64,000 nt of DNA from Elephas maximus. Lineage: Eukaryota. Below the pieces are notes generated by a model. That model was not told the origin of the DNA. It saw only the letters and a list, made by a program, of their open reading frames with translations, and did not search any database. A program made the position numbers and the translations under genes. Location of the stretch: positions 46,247,680 to 46,311,679 of the forward strand of contig NC_064841.1 in the NCBI RefSeq assembly GCF_024166365.1. Reading direction: 5' to 3'. Below, in pieces: positions 44,701-57,224 of the stretch. Position 1 is the first letter of the stretch. Each line of letters starts with the position of its first letter.

Positions 44701-47700
44701 TCATTTCTGTGTAACACAAAGTGCAGTTTCAAAACAAGTAAATCACTGATGGCTTCACATATTTGAATGGGAGGAACAGTGCAATCTTTCTGCAATCACA
44801 GAAGGTATAGGGTACATTCTCGTGCATGTACCACAAAGTGCTTTTTCATAAGAGATGACTTCATCTACTTGAATGAAAGGAACCATACTGGTTTCTCTTT
44901 CATGCAATGTATTGGGAACTTTTGCGTTCTTGTAAACCAAGTTTTACTTTGAAAATCTAAAATGCTTTTGCCATCATGCAATTGGACAAAAAACACCCTA
45001 CACTGCTTCTGCCTTCAGAGATTGTATAGGGAACTTTCAAGTCTGTGGATGACAAACTGCAGTATGAAAATAAGTAAAACTGTATTGGCTTCACGTGAAA
45101 GGGAGGAACTGTCTGTCCACCACTTTCTCAAATAATGTTTAATGAACATTCCCCAGTGTGTAGCACAAATAGTATTTTGATAACAGGTGAAACACCTATG
45201 ACTTTATCCACTTGAATGGAAGAAAGCATATGTTGCTTTCACTTTCCTGAAACATATTTGGAATTTTCACATCCTTCTAAGCCAAGTTTTAAATGGAAAA
45301 TCTAAATGACTTTTGTCATCAAAGACTTGAACAGGAGAAACTTTACATTGTTTGCTCCATCAGAAAATGTAGTGTCACCCTTCCAGTCCTTACCACACCA
45401 AGTATACTTTGAAAACAAGTAAAACTCTGGTGGCTTCGCGTACTTCAACGGGAGAACCTCTCAATTCTTTTCTGAATCTGAAAATGTATATGGAACATAC
45501 CTGTCCATGTAACACAGTGATTTTATAACTTTTGTCTTAGTCTGCTTGAATGAAAGCAACTGTATATTGGTTTGTCTTTCTTGTTTGGAGAACTTGCGTG
45601 TCCTTATTGGCTAAGGTTTGCTTTGAAAACCTGAAATGCTTTTGCTATCATGTACTGAAATGGATACTGTCTACATTGTTTTCCCTTTGTGAAAATGTGT
45701 GAGGAATATGCCCGTCTGCCTAAGACAAAGTGCGGTAAGAAAGCAAGTACAACTCAGTTGGCTTCATGTACTCGAACGGGAAAAAGTGTTCATCCTTTTC
45801 TCAACCAAATAATGTATAAGGAACATTCCCAAGCATGCAACACAGAGTGTTTTTTGATAACATTAAAATGCTTGAGTATGAGAAACTGTATGTTTCTCTT
45901 TCATGTAGTGTCTTGGGAACGTTTGCATCCTTGAAGGCTAAGGTTTACTTTGAAAACTTAAAAGTGTTTTGACATCATCTGCTTGCACAAGGGAAATTCT
46001 ACATCATTTTCTTTTTCTGAGGATATATAGGAAACAATCACTTCCGTGTAACACAAAGCACAGTTTGAAACCAATAAACTCTGGTGGCTTCATACACCTA
46101 AATGGCAGAAACTGTCCATTCTTTTCTGAATCAGAGGATGAATGGGGAGCATTCCCATCCGTGTCGCACAGTGTTTTAATAAATTTTGTCTTAATATTCT
46201 TGAATGAAAGAAATGATATTGGCTTCTCTTTCTTCCGTTGTCTGGGACCTTTCACATGCCTTACACCATGCTTCTCTTTGAAAACCTAAAAAGCTTTTGC
46301 TGTCATGTATTTGAAGGAAGAAAACTCTACCTTGTTATCTTCTTCAGAGAATATACAGGGAACAATTATGTCCTTGTAACACACGTGCAGACTGAAAACA
46401 GTAAAACCCTGGTGGCTTCATGTCCTCAAATGGGAGAAAGTTTACATGATTTTCTCAATCAGAAAACTTATATGGAACATTCCTGTGCATGTAACATGGG
46501 ATAACAGGCAAAAAATACTTATGACTTCATTTACTTGAGTGAGAGAAACTCTATATTGGTTTCTTTTTCATTCAAAATATTCTAAACTTTCACATCGTTC
46601 TAGGCCAAGCTTTACTTTGAAAGCCTGCACCACACTTTTACCCTCCTGGACGTAAACGGGAGAAACTCTACCGGGTTTTTACCTTCAGAGAATATGTCTT
46701 GAGCATTCCCATGCTTCTAACACAAAGTCCACTTTGAGAACAAGTAAAGCTCTGGGGGCTTCATATACCTGTATGAGAGTATCTGCACAATCTTTTTCGC
46801 AATCTGAGAATATATATGGAACATTTATGTTCAACATGTAACATGACTAGTTTTTCTTGCGGAACAAGTAGAAGGCCTGTGACTTCCTCTACTTCACTGA
46901 GAGAAACTGTATGTTGGTACTGGGAATTTTGCGTTCTTGAAAGCCAAGGTTTATATTGAAAAGTTAAAAAGCTTTGCTGTCATGTACCTGAACGGGAGAA
47001 ACTTGACACTTTTTCCTCCTTCACAGAATGTGTAGGGAACATTCCTGTCCTTGTAACACAAAGTATACTCTATACAAGTAAAACTCTGGTGGCTTCAAAT
47101 ACCTGAACTTGAGAAACTGTGCGTGCCTTTCACAATAAAAATGTACAGGCAACATTCCTGTGCCTGGAACACACACAGTGTGCTTGTGAATTTATCTACT
47201 CGAGTGAGAGAAATTTATCTACTCAAGTGAGAGAAACTGTACGTTTTCTTCTCTTTCAAATAGTTCTTGGGAGCTTTCCCATCCTACTAAACAAGATTTA
47301 CGTGGAAAACCTACAACGTTTCTGCTGTCTTGAGCTTGAACAGAAGAAATAAATGACTTTGTTTCTCCCTGAGAAAATGTACTGCAAACTTTCAGGTCCC
47401 CGCAATACAAAGCTTACTTTGAAAACAAGTGAAACTGGAGGCTTCATGTATGGAATGGAAGGAACTGTACATTTATTTCTCAATTGGAGAATGCAAAAGT
47501 AACACTCCTGTGCATGTAACACAATGTTTTTATATAACAGGTAAAATGATTTTGGCTTTCTCTACTTGAATGTGAGAAACTACATATTGCTTTCTTGTTC
47601 AAACTTTCAATTTTTGTAAGCCAAGTTTTATTTTGAACACGTCAAACACCTTTGCCATCGTGTACTTGAAAGGAGAAACTTTCCATCCTTTTCTCAATCA

Positions 47701-47997
47701 GATAATGTATAAGGAACATTCCCCAGTGTGTAACACAAAGTGTTTTTTGATAACAGGGAAAACATTTGTGACTTTATCTACTTGATTGGGAGAAAGCTTT
47801 CTCTTTCCTGCAATGTGTATGGAATTTTCGTGTCCTTGTAAACCAAGGTTTAAATGGAAAATCTAAATGTCTTTTGCCGTCACGGCCTTGAATGGAAGAA
47901 GCTCTGCATAGTTTGCTCCTTCAGAAAATGTAGTGCCAACCTTCTAGTCCTTATAGCGCCAAGTATAGTTTGAAAACAAATAAAACTGTCCTAAGCT
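41709..47997. repeat. Satellite B: ~115-bp monomers in ~345-bp trimers; ~3.8-kb higher-order repeat, ~1.65 copies; inverted relative to satellite A
   Basis: Monomer: GTAACACAAAGTG(C/T)A(G/C)TTTGAAAACAAGTAAAACTCTGGTGGCTTCA(T/C)GTACTTGAATGGGAGAAACTGTACATTGTTTTCTC(C/A)(T/A)TCAGAGAATGTATAGGGAACATTCCTGTCCAT. Trimer period, e.g. 44478 to 44820, is 342 bp. Long-range markers repeat at 41705/45520, 42705/46502, 43040/46850 and 42960/46790, i.e. every ~3.80-3.83 kb, at ~85-90% identity. Confidence 0.85.
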
Positions 47998-48674
47998 TTC
48001 AAATTTAGAAAACAGATTTTGGAAGGTGTTTGGGTGTCTCTGAAGAGAATCTGTAGTTGTGTCTTTAATGGAGATATAGCCTGTCCACACATATCTGTAT
48101 TTACACATATACAACCTCTTCTCACATATAAATACTCCTGCACCTACCTATATAAGTATATGCCTATACCAATATTTTATTAGTTTCCTATATATGTCAA
48201 ATTCTTTGGTACAGGCATTCTTTTCTCATGAATGTTTCTCAGCAGCATCATTTACTTTGGTTGTTCTGCACTCACTACATCCACATTCAGTGCCTCTTTT
48301 CCCATCACCAACAAGAGCATACTTCTGCCTTCATCCCTTCCCCGCCCTTGGAAACCACCATGAAAATTGGTTTCTTTATATATGTCTATTTTTGTCTTCT
48401 TATAAAAGAGAGATCATACAGTATTGGTGCTTATGTGCTTGACTTACCCACTCATCTGTCAGTTTGTTGCACTGGGGAAGTGTTGTTTCCTCAAAGTAGA
48501 GTCACTCTTAATGACATGGATGGAATAAAGCATTCAGGACCTACATTTGCTGATGTGGCATGAATCAAAATTAGAAGAAACAACTGCAAACATCTGTTTT
48601 TAATTGGAACATGGAATTTATGAAGTATGAACCTAGGAAAATTGGAAAAAATGAAAGTTGTCAAAAGTGAAATG
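47998..48674. other. Short non-satellite spacer between satellite B and the next L1
   Basis: No periodicity; contains small ORFs only (48194-48442, 48228-48563), with no recognisable domain. Confidence 0.4.
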
Positions 48675-48682
48675 GAGATGAG

Positions 48683-48693
48683 GCCAAGGTGGC
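48683..48693 (+). promoter_or_regulatory. YY1-like initiator motif GCCAAGGTGGC at the L1 5' terminus
   Basis: Within the first 20 bp of the element; same position as the motifs at 2628-2640 and 40770-40781 (both minus strand). Confidence 0.4.
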
Positions 48694-50145
48694 AGAATAG
48701 TCACACACTTCATGTCATCCCTCTAACAACAAAAAACCTGAAAAAACAAGTGAATTGGATATACGTGACAATCTAGGAACTCTAATCATCAAATACAAAA
48801 CAAAAAATCCAAATGAGTGGCAGGTAGAAAGAAAGACAATTCAAAAACAGCAGAAATAGGGAATTATGGATTGCTGGATTGCTGGTGTCCTGCTAGCTGA
48901 ATCTGCACTGCAGTCTGAAGAAAGCAGCAACATCCCAAGCTGAAAATCCACCCCATCTGGTGCAGCCAAGCAGCAGCAAATCCACGTGCACCTCCAGAAC
49001 CAAACAGGAGGGACACCAGACCTGAGGAAGTTAAGTGTAAGGTCCCAAACTACTGCATGCACGACATAACCCTACCCCTAACGGAGCTCCATGGCTGAGG
49101 GGTACTGCCTTCTCCTCGTCTATCCCCCTTCCTGCTCTAACACTAGTCCCACAATATTTAACACTGCCACACCACCTAAGCCAAGAACTCATGGCTGGGA
49201 CCAGAGGCACCCGCTCCTTGACCCAGCTACTGGCGCAGGGAGTCCACAGACTTGCAGCACCCTTCACTGCCACCAATCACCAGTGCCAGGGCCTTGCTGG
49301 CTGATTCAGCATGGCATACCCTCATTAGGAAAAAATGGGCAGCCCATCCACCTGAATCACATTTTTACATGCAGCAGCCAAGAGGGCACTGAAAATTTGT
49401 GACATTTAACACCACCTAAGAAGGGACCTCACCCACCCACACCAGGGGCCTGAGGGCCACCCACAACAGGGAACTGAGAATTAGTGGCGCCTCCCAATTC
49501 CTCCAGTCAATGGCACTGGAAGCCCAAGGACTGGCTGCAGTACCCTTTTCCAACTATGTGCTCAAGCAAACAGGCACAAGCCCTCCAGCTAGACACTTGG
49601 GAGCAGTTGTGAACCCCCTACCTTGCCCCTCACATAGCTTCCCAGCTGCAACCAGAGACCTGTGCCTGCTCCAAACTCCACACAGCTCTGCTCACCCAGG
49701 ACAGTAGGTGAGAATCTCCACACCACACACTTGGTTACTGACAATCTTGCCACCTGCACCCTGAACAATTGATAAGCATACACATAACACCCAAGCCACA
49801 TAACACCCAAACCAACAACCAGGAAGAACACCCCCTGCACCATAGGCCAGGTGAAAAGTAGGACAGATTCATCACTTCACCAAAAATCTCTGGCAACATC
49901 ATCAGCACCCCTGCAAGAACAGTGAACATACTCCCAGCCACACATGAAGTAGCTTCTGTTTTGACCACCTGGAGAGAGGAGGTGACAGTTTCAGTGATGC
50001 CAATGACCAAAGCAGCATGCACACCCAGCTTACTAGGACATAGCAAAACAAAACAAAATACAGGATGCAGTAAACAAAAATACAATAAATAAATAAAATA
50101 TAATAACATATTGATGGCTTGAAGGTAGCAAAAACAAACCATTGC

Positions 50146-50292
50146 AGTTGACTCAATTCCAACAGATAGCGACCCTAGAGGACAGAATAGGACTGTCCTA
50201 TAGGATTTCCAGGGAGCGGCTGGTGGATTTGAACTGCCAATATTTTCGTTAGCAGCGGTATCACTTCACCACTGTACCACCAGGGATAACAG
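50146..50292 (-). mobile_element. AfroSINE-like tRNA-derived SINE nested in the L1 5'UTR
   Basis: rc reads GCTGTTATCCCTGGTGGTACAGTGGTGAAGTGATACCGCTGCTAACGAAAATATTGGCAGTTCAAATCCACCAGCCGCTCCCTGGAAATCCTATAGGACAGTCCTATTCTGTCCTCTAGGGTCGCTATCTGTTGGAATTGAGTCAAC. Confidence 0.7.
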
Positions 50293-50319
50293 CTAATATC
50301 AAATCACATAAAGAAGCAG

Positions 50320-51076
50320 AACAAGATGGCTCCAGGAAGCAACCAAAATAAAGAACCAGAAAATCTTCCAGAGGAAGAAAAGGCAATAGAACTACCTGAA
50401 CAAGAATTCAAAAGACTAATAGAGATTTCATAAATATCAAGAAGGAGATCAGGCAAAACTCAGACCAAACTAAGCAACACAGAGACAAAGCAATAGAAAA
50501 TTCAGGAAAGCTATACAAGAACAAAATGACAGAACGAACAGCTTTAGAAACCATACAGAGACAGCAACTAGAAATCCAAAAGGTTAACATCAGACAACTC
50601 AATAGAAGGTCATAGAACAGAACTGAGACAATGGAAGTCAGAATCAGTAAGACTGAAGATAAATCACTTGACAACAAGTTGAGGAAAAATCAGAAAAAAG
50701 AATGAAAAAAATGAAGAAAGCCTAAGAATTATGTGGGATATTATCAAGAGAAAAGCCTATGAATGATCACAGGACCAGAACAGGGGAAGATAACAGAAAA
50801 TACAAAGAGAATTGTTGAAGATTTGCTGGCAGAAAACTTCCCTAATATTGTGAAAGATGAGAAGATATCTATCCAAGAAGCTCAATGAACCCCATATAGG
50901 ACAGACCACAAAAGAAAGTCACCAACACATATCAAAACCAAACTTGCCTAAACCAAAGGCAAAGAAAGAATCCTTAGAGTGACTAGGGATAAACAAAAAG
51001 CCACCTACAAAGGAGAACCAATAAGCCTAAGCTCTGACTACCCACCAGAAACCATGCAGGCAAGAAGGCAATGGGA

Positions 51077-51140
<64 letters not shown>

Positions 51141-51300
51141 CCTTGAAGGAAAGAAATTCCCAGCTGAGAATTATATATCCAGCAAAATTGTCTCTCAAAT
51201 ATGATGGCAAATTCCATCATTTTCAGATAAACAGAAACTAAGGGAATTTGTAAAAACCGGCCCAAGTTACAAGAAATATTAAAGAGAGGCCTTTGACTCG
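50320..51300 (+). pseudogene. L1 ORF1 remnant (internal stops; interrupted by an (AT)n microsatellite)
   Basis: MAPGSNQNKEPENLPEEEKAIELPEQEFKRLIEIS*...QARRQWDD-(AT)30-KALKERNSQLRIIYPAKLSLKYDGKFHHFQINRN*. Confidence 0.75.
51078..51137. repeat. (AT)30 microsatellite inside L1 ORF1
   Basis: Perfect AT dinucleotide run. It generates the IYIYIY ORFs on the minus strand (50983-51210, 51038-51265). Confidence 0.95.
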
Positions 51301-53216
51301 AGAACCAACAACATCAGACAACAATCCAAGACTAGGACACAGTCCAGATCAACCAGATCCTGACCCATATAGGGAATTCACAAAAATAAAACAAAGCTAA
51401 AAGACTGAAAATAAGGAATCAGAGACATAATATGTAAACAACAGAATCATCAAAACAAAAAAGATGGAATAAAGAGTATAGTCATAGAACTGCCATAAGG
51501 AGAGGAAGTCAAGACAATATCAAGAAATAAAATACTGGTTTAAACTTAGGAAAATAAAGGTAAATTTTAAGCTACCCATCAAAATTCAAAAAAAAAAAAA
51601 ACTCAGCAAACACAAAATCAACAATAATGAAAATAAAATATATAAAGAAAAACATATCAGCACAAAAAAATTAAGTGGAAAAAAGAAACTGTCAAAACCA
51701 CAAAAAAAAAAAAGACAGCAGTAAACTCATACCTATCAATAACTACAGTGAATGCAAATGGACTAAATGCACCAATAAAGAGACAGAGAGTGGTAGAATG
51801 GATTAGAAAAAAAACACAATCCATCTATATGCTGCCTACGAGAGACACGCCTTACACTGAAAGACACAAACAAAAACTCAAATAATGGAAAAAAATTTAT
51901 CAAGCAAACAACAACCGAAAAAGAGCAGAAGTAGCAATATCAATCTCTGACAAAATAGACTTTAAACAAAATCCACCACAAAGGATAAGGAAGGAAACTA
52001 TACAATGATTAAAGTGTCAGTACACCAGGAGGACATAACCATAGTAAATAGGTATGCACCCAATGAAAAGGCTCCAAAATACATAAAGCAAACTGACAGC
52101 ATTGAAAAGAGAAATACACTTCTCCACAATAATAGTAGGAGACTCCAATACACCACTTTGGTGAAGGACAGAACATCTAGAAAGAAACTTAGTAAAGATA
52201 CAGAAGATCTAAATGCCACAATCAATTTGATCTTGTAGACATATACAGAACACTCCACCCAACAGCAACCAAGTACACATTATTTTCCAACACTCATGGA
52301 ACATTCTCAAGAATAGAATAGACCACATATTAGGCCATAAAGCTACCCTTAACAGAATCCAAAACATTGAAATATTACAAAGCATCTTCTCTGCTCATAA
52401 TACCATAGAAGTAGAAACTAATAACAAAAACAGCAAGAAAAAAAATTGAATATATGAAAACTGAGCAACACCTTGCTTAAAAACTACTGAGTGATAGAAG
52501 AAATCAAGGATGGAATTTAAAAATTTATAGAATCAAATGAAAATGAAAACACATCTTACCAAGTTCTTTAGACATGGCAAAAGCAGTCCTTAGAGGCAGA
52601 TTTATAACAATAAACACACACACCAAAAAAGAAGAAATGGCCAAAATCAAGACATTAATGCTACAACTTGAACAAATAGAAAGAGAGCAGCAAAAGAAGC
52701 ACTCAGGCACCAGAAAAAAGGAAATAATAAAAATCAGAGCAGAAAAAATGCAATAGAGAACAGAAAAACAATTGAAAGAATCAACAAAACTGAAAGCTGG
52801 TTCTTTGAAAAGATCAACAAAATTGACAAATCATTGGCCAAACTGACAAAAAAAAAAAAAAAAACAGGAGAGGAAGAAAATAACCCAAATAAAAAAAGAG
52901 ATGGGCAATATCACAACAGACCCAACTGAAGTAAAAAGCATTGTAACAGAATATTATGAAAAATTGTACTCCAACAAATTTGAAAACATAGAGGAAAAGG
53001 GCAAATTTCTAGAAACTCACTACATACCTAATTAACACAAAATGAGGTAGAAAAACTAAACATAACAAAAGAAGAGATTGAAGAGGTAATAAGAAAAAAA
53101 AAAAACTCCCAACAAAATAAAGCCCTGGTCAGCTTCACTGGAGAATTCTACCAAACTTTCAGAGAAGAGCTAACACCAATACTACTCAAACTTTTTCAGA
53201 GCATAGGAAAGGAAGG

Positions 53217-53973
<757 letters not shown>

Positions 53974-54153
53974 TAGAAAACCAGTCAACATAATCCACCA
54001 CATCAATAAAACATAAGAACCACATGACCTTATCAATCAACAGAGAAAAGGCATTTGACAAAATCTAACTCCCATTACAGGTAAAAACTCTTAACAAAAT
54101 AGGAATAGATGGGAAATCCCTTGACATAATAAAGAGTGTCTACACAAAACCAG

Positions 54154-54320
54154 AAAAACCCTGGTGGCATAGTGGTTAAGAGCCATGACTGCTAACCAAA
54201 AGGTCAGCTGTTCGAATCCACCAGGCGCTCCTTGGAAACCCTATGGGGAAGTTCTACTCTGTTCTCTAGGGTTGCTATGAGTCGGAATCAACTTGATGGC
54301 AATGGGGTTTTTTTTGGTTT
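54154..54320 (+). mobile_element. AfroSINE, first of a tandem pair
   Basis: AAAAACCCTGGTGGCATAGTGGTTAAGAGCCATGACTGCTAACCAAAAGGTCAGCTGTTCGAATCCACCAGGCGCTCCTTGGAAACCCTATGGGGAAGTTCTACTCTGTTCTCTAGGGTTGCTATGAGTCGGAATCAACTTGATGGCAATGGGG(T)n. Confidence 0.85.
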
Positions 54321-54332
54321 ATACAAAACCAG

Positions 54333-54500
54333 GAAACCCTGTTGGAGTAGTGGTTAAGAGCTACAACTGCTAACCAAAATGTCAGCAGTTTGAATCCACC
54401 AGGCACTCCTTGGAAACTCTATGGGGCAGTTCTACTCTATCCTATAGGGTAGCTATGAGTCAGAATTGATTCAACAGCAATGGGTTTGGTTTTGGTTTTT
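54333..54500 (+). mobile_element. AfroSINE, second of the tandem pair
   Basis: GAAACCCTGTTGGAGTAGTGGTTAAGAGCTACAACTGCTAACCAAAATGTCAGCAGTTTGAATCCACCAGGCACTCCTTGGAAACTCTATGGGGCAGTTCTACTCTATCCTATAGGGTAGCTATGAGTCAGAATTGATTCAACAGCAATGGG. Confidence 0.85.
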
Positions 54501-56894
54501 ATACAAAACCAACAGCGAATATCATTCTAAATTGAGAGAGACAAAACTTTCCCCTTGAGAAGGGAAACCAGACGAGGATGCCTTTAAAACCATTCTTATT
54601 CAGTATTGTGCTGGAAGTCCTAGCTAGAGCAATAAGGCAAGAAAAAAAAAAAGGCATCCAAACTGATGAAGAAGAGGTAAAATTATCCCTATTCAGAGAT
54701 GATATGATCTTATACAGAGAAAACCCCAAAGAATCCACAAGAAAGTTACTGGAACTAACAAAAGATTTCAGCCAAGTACCATGATAAAAGATTAACATAC
54801 AAAAATCAGTTGGATTCCTCAACACCAAAAAGAAAACTTCAAAAATCACCAATTCAATACCATTTACAATAGCCCCCAAGATGATAAAGTACTTAGAAAT
54901 AAATCTAACCAGCTTCATAAAAGACATATACAAAGAAAACAATAAAACTGTACTGCAAGAGACCAAAAGAGATCTACATAATTGGAAAAACATGCCATGA
55001 TTGTGTATTGGAAGACTGAACATTGTGAAAATGTCAATTCTACCCAAAGTGATCTACAGACACAATGCAATACTGATCCCAATTCCAACTGTACTCTTTA
55101 ATGAGATGGAGAAGCAAATCACCAACTTTATATGGAAAGAGAAGAGGCCCTGGGTAAGTAAACCATTACTGAAGATGAACAAAGTGGGAGGCTTCACATT
55201 ACCTTCCTTTAGGACCTATAATACAGCCACAGTAGTCAAAACAGCCTAGTACTGATACAACAGACCAATGGAACAGAATAGAGAACTTGGAGGTAAATCC
55301 ATCCATATATAAGCAGTTGATATTTGACAAAGGGCCAAAGTCAGTTAAGTGGGGAAGACAGTCTCTTTAATAAATGGTGCCAGCATAACTGGGTATCCAC
55401 CTGCAAAAAAGTGAACAAGATCCATACCTCACACTGTACACAAAAACTAACTCAAAATACTTCAAAGACCTAAATATAAACTGATAAAGATCATGGAAGA
55501 AAAAATAGGGACAAGGCTATGGGCCATAACACATGGAATAAATAGTATATAAGCCATAACTAACAATGCACAAACACCAGAAGATAAACTAGATAACTGG
55601 GAGCTCCTAAAAATTAAATATTTATGCTCATCAAAATACTTCACCAAAAGAGTAAAAAAAGAACCTACAGAATGGGAAAAATTTTGGGCTACAGCACATC
55701 CAACAAGGGTATAATCTTTAAAATCTAGAAAATGCTTCAACACCTCAATAACGAAAAGACAAGCTGATTTAAAACTGGGCAAATGATCATTATGCTGAGT
55801 GAAATTAGTCAGTCGCAAAAGGACAGATATTGTATAACACCACTATGATAAGAACTGGAGAAATAAACAGAGAAGAAAATATTCTTTGATGGTTACAAGA
55901 AGGGGGAGGGAGGGAGGGAGAGGGGTATTCACTTATTAGATAGTAGATAAGTTTTTAATTTTAGGTGAAGGGAAAGACAACACACAATACAGGAGAGGTC
56001 AACACAAGTGGACTAAACCAAAAGCAAAGAAGTTTCCTGAATAAACTGAACTCCTCATAGGCCAGCATAGGGGTGGGGGTTTGGGGACCATGGTTTCAGG
56101 GTCCATCTAAGTCAATTGGCATAATAAAATCTATTAAGAAAACATTCTGCATTCCACTTTGGAGAGTGGCATCTGGGGTCTTAAAAGCTAGCAAGCATCC
56201 AAGATGCATCAATTGGCCTTAACCCACCTAGAGCAAGAAAGAATGAAGAACACCAAAGACACAAGGTAATTATGAGCCTAAGAGACAGAAAGGACCACTT
56301 AAACCAGAGGCTACGTCTGCCTGAGACCAGAAGAACTAGACGGTGCCCAGCCACAACCTATGGCTGCGCAGACAGGGAACTTAACAGAGAACCCCTGAGG
56401 GAGCAAGAGAGCAGTGGGGTGCAGACCCCAAATTCTAGTGAAAAGACAAGACTTAATGGTCAGACTGGGACTACAAGGACCCCGGAGGCCATGGTCCCCA
56501 GACCTTCTGTTAGCCCAAAACAGGAGTCATTCCCAAAGCCTACTCTTCAGACAGGGATTGGACTGGAATATGGGATGGAAAATGATACTGGTGAAGAACG
56601 AGCTTCTTGGATCAAGTAGACACATGAGACTATGTTGCATCTTCTGTTTCGAGGGGAGGTAAGAGGGCAGAGGAGGCCAGAAGCTACCCAAATGGACACA
56701 AGGAGAGAGAGTGGAGGGGTGAACTGTGCTATCTCATTAGAGGGAGAGCAATTAGGAGTGTATGGCAAGGTGTTGTAAATTTTTGTAAGAGAGTGACCTG
56801 ATTTGTAAGTGAAATTTAAAGCACAATAAAAACTAAATTTAAAAAAAAAAAAAAGAATGAAAGGGGACATCACTGCAGATCCCACGGGCACTGA

Positions 56895-57224
56895 AAAGAT
56901 GAGAGATTAGTATGCTACATATAATATTGTACAGCCAGAATGCTCCTCAGAAGCAAAGATGGCAAGACTCTGTTTCATGTACTTTGGACATGTTATCACG
57001 AAGGACCAGTCCCTGGAGAAGGACATCATGCCTGGCAGAGTGGAGGATCAGCAAAAAAGAGGAAGACCCTCAATAACATGAATGACACAGTGGCTACAAC
57101 AATGTGTTCAATCATAACAATGATTGCAAGGATGGTGCAGGACTGAATAGTGTTTCATTCTATTGTACATAGGGTTGCTATGAGTTGGAACTGACTCAAT
57201 GGCACCTAACAGCAACATGTTTCA
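56895..57224 (+). mobile_element. RTE (BovB-like) 3' fragment (C-terminal ORF region and tail)
   Basis: ...VQPECS*EAKMARLCFMYFGHVITKDQSLEKDIMPGRVEDQQKRGRPS...VATTMCSIITMIARMVQD*IVFHSIVHRVAMSWN*L; ends ...CACCTAACAGCAACATGTTTCA. Confidence 0.7.

Noticed and set aside
54499-55047. 182-aa ORF on the minus strand
   Set aside because: It is antisense to the L1 ORF2 reverse-transcriptase region of the + strand L1. Antisense L1 frames are often open, and no independent gene signal is present.
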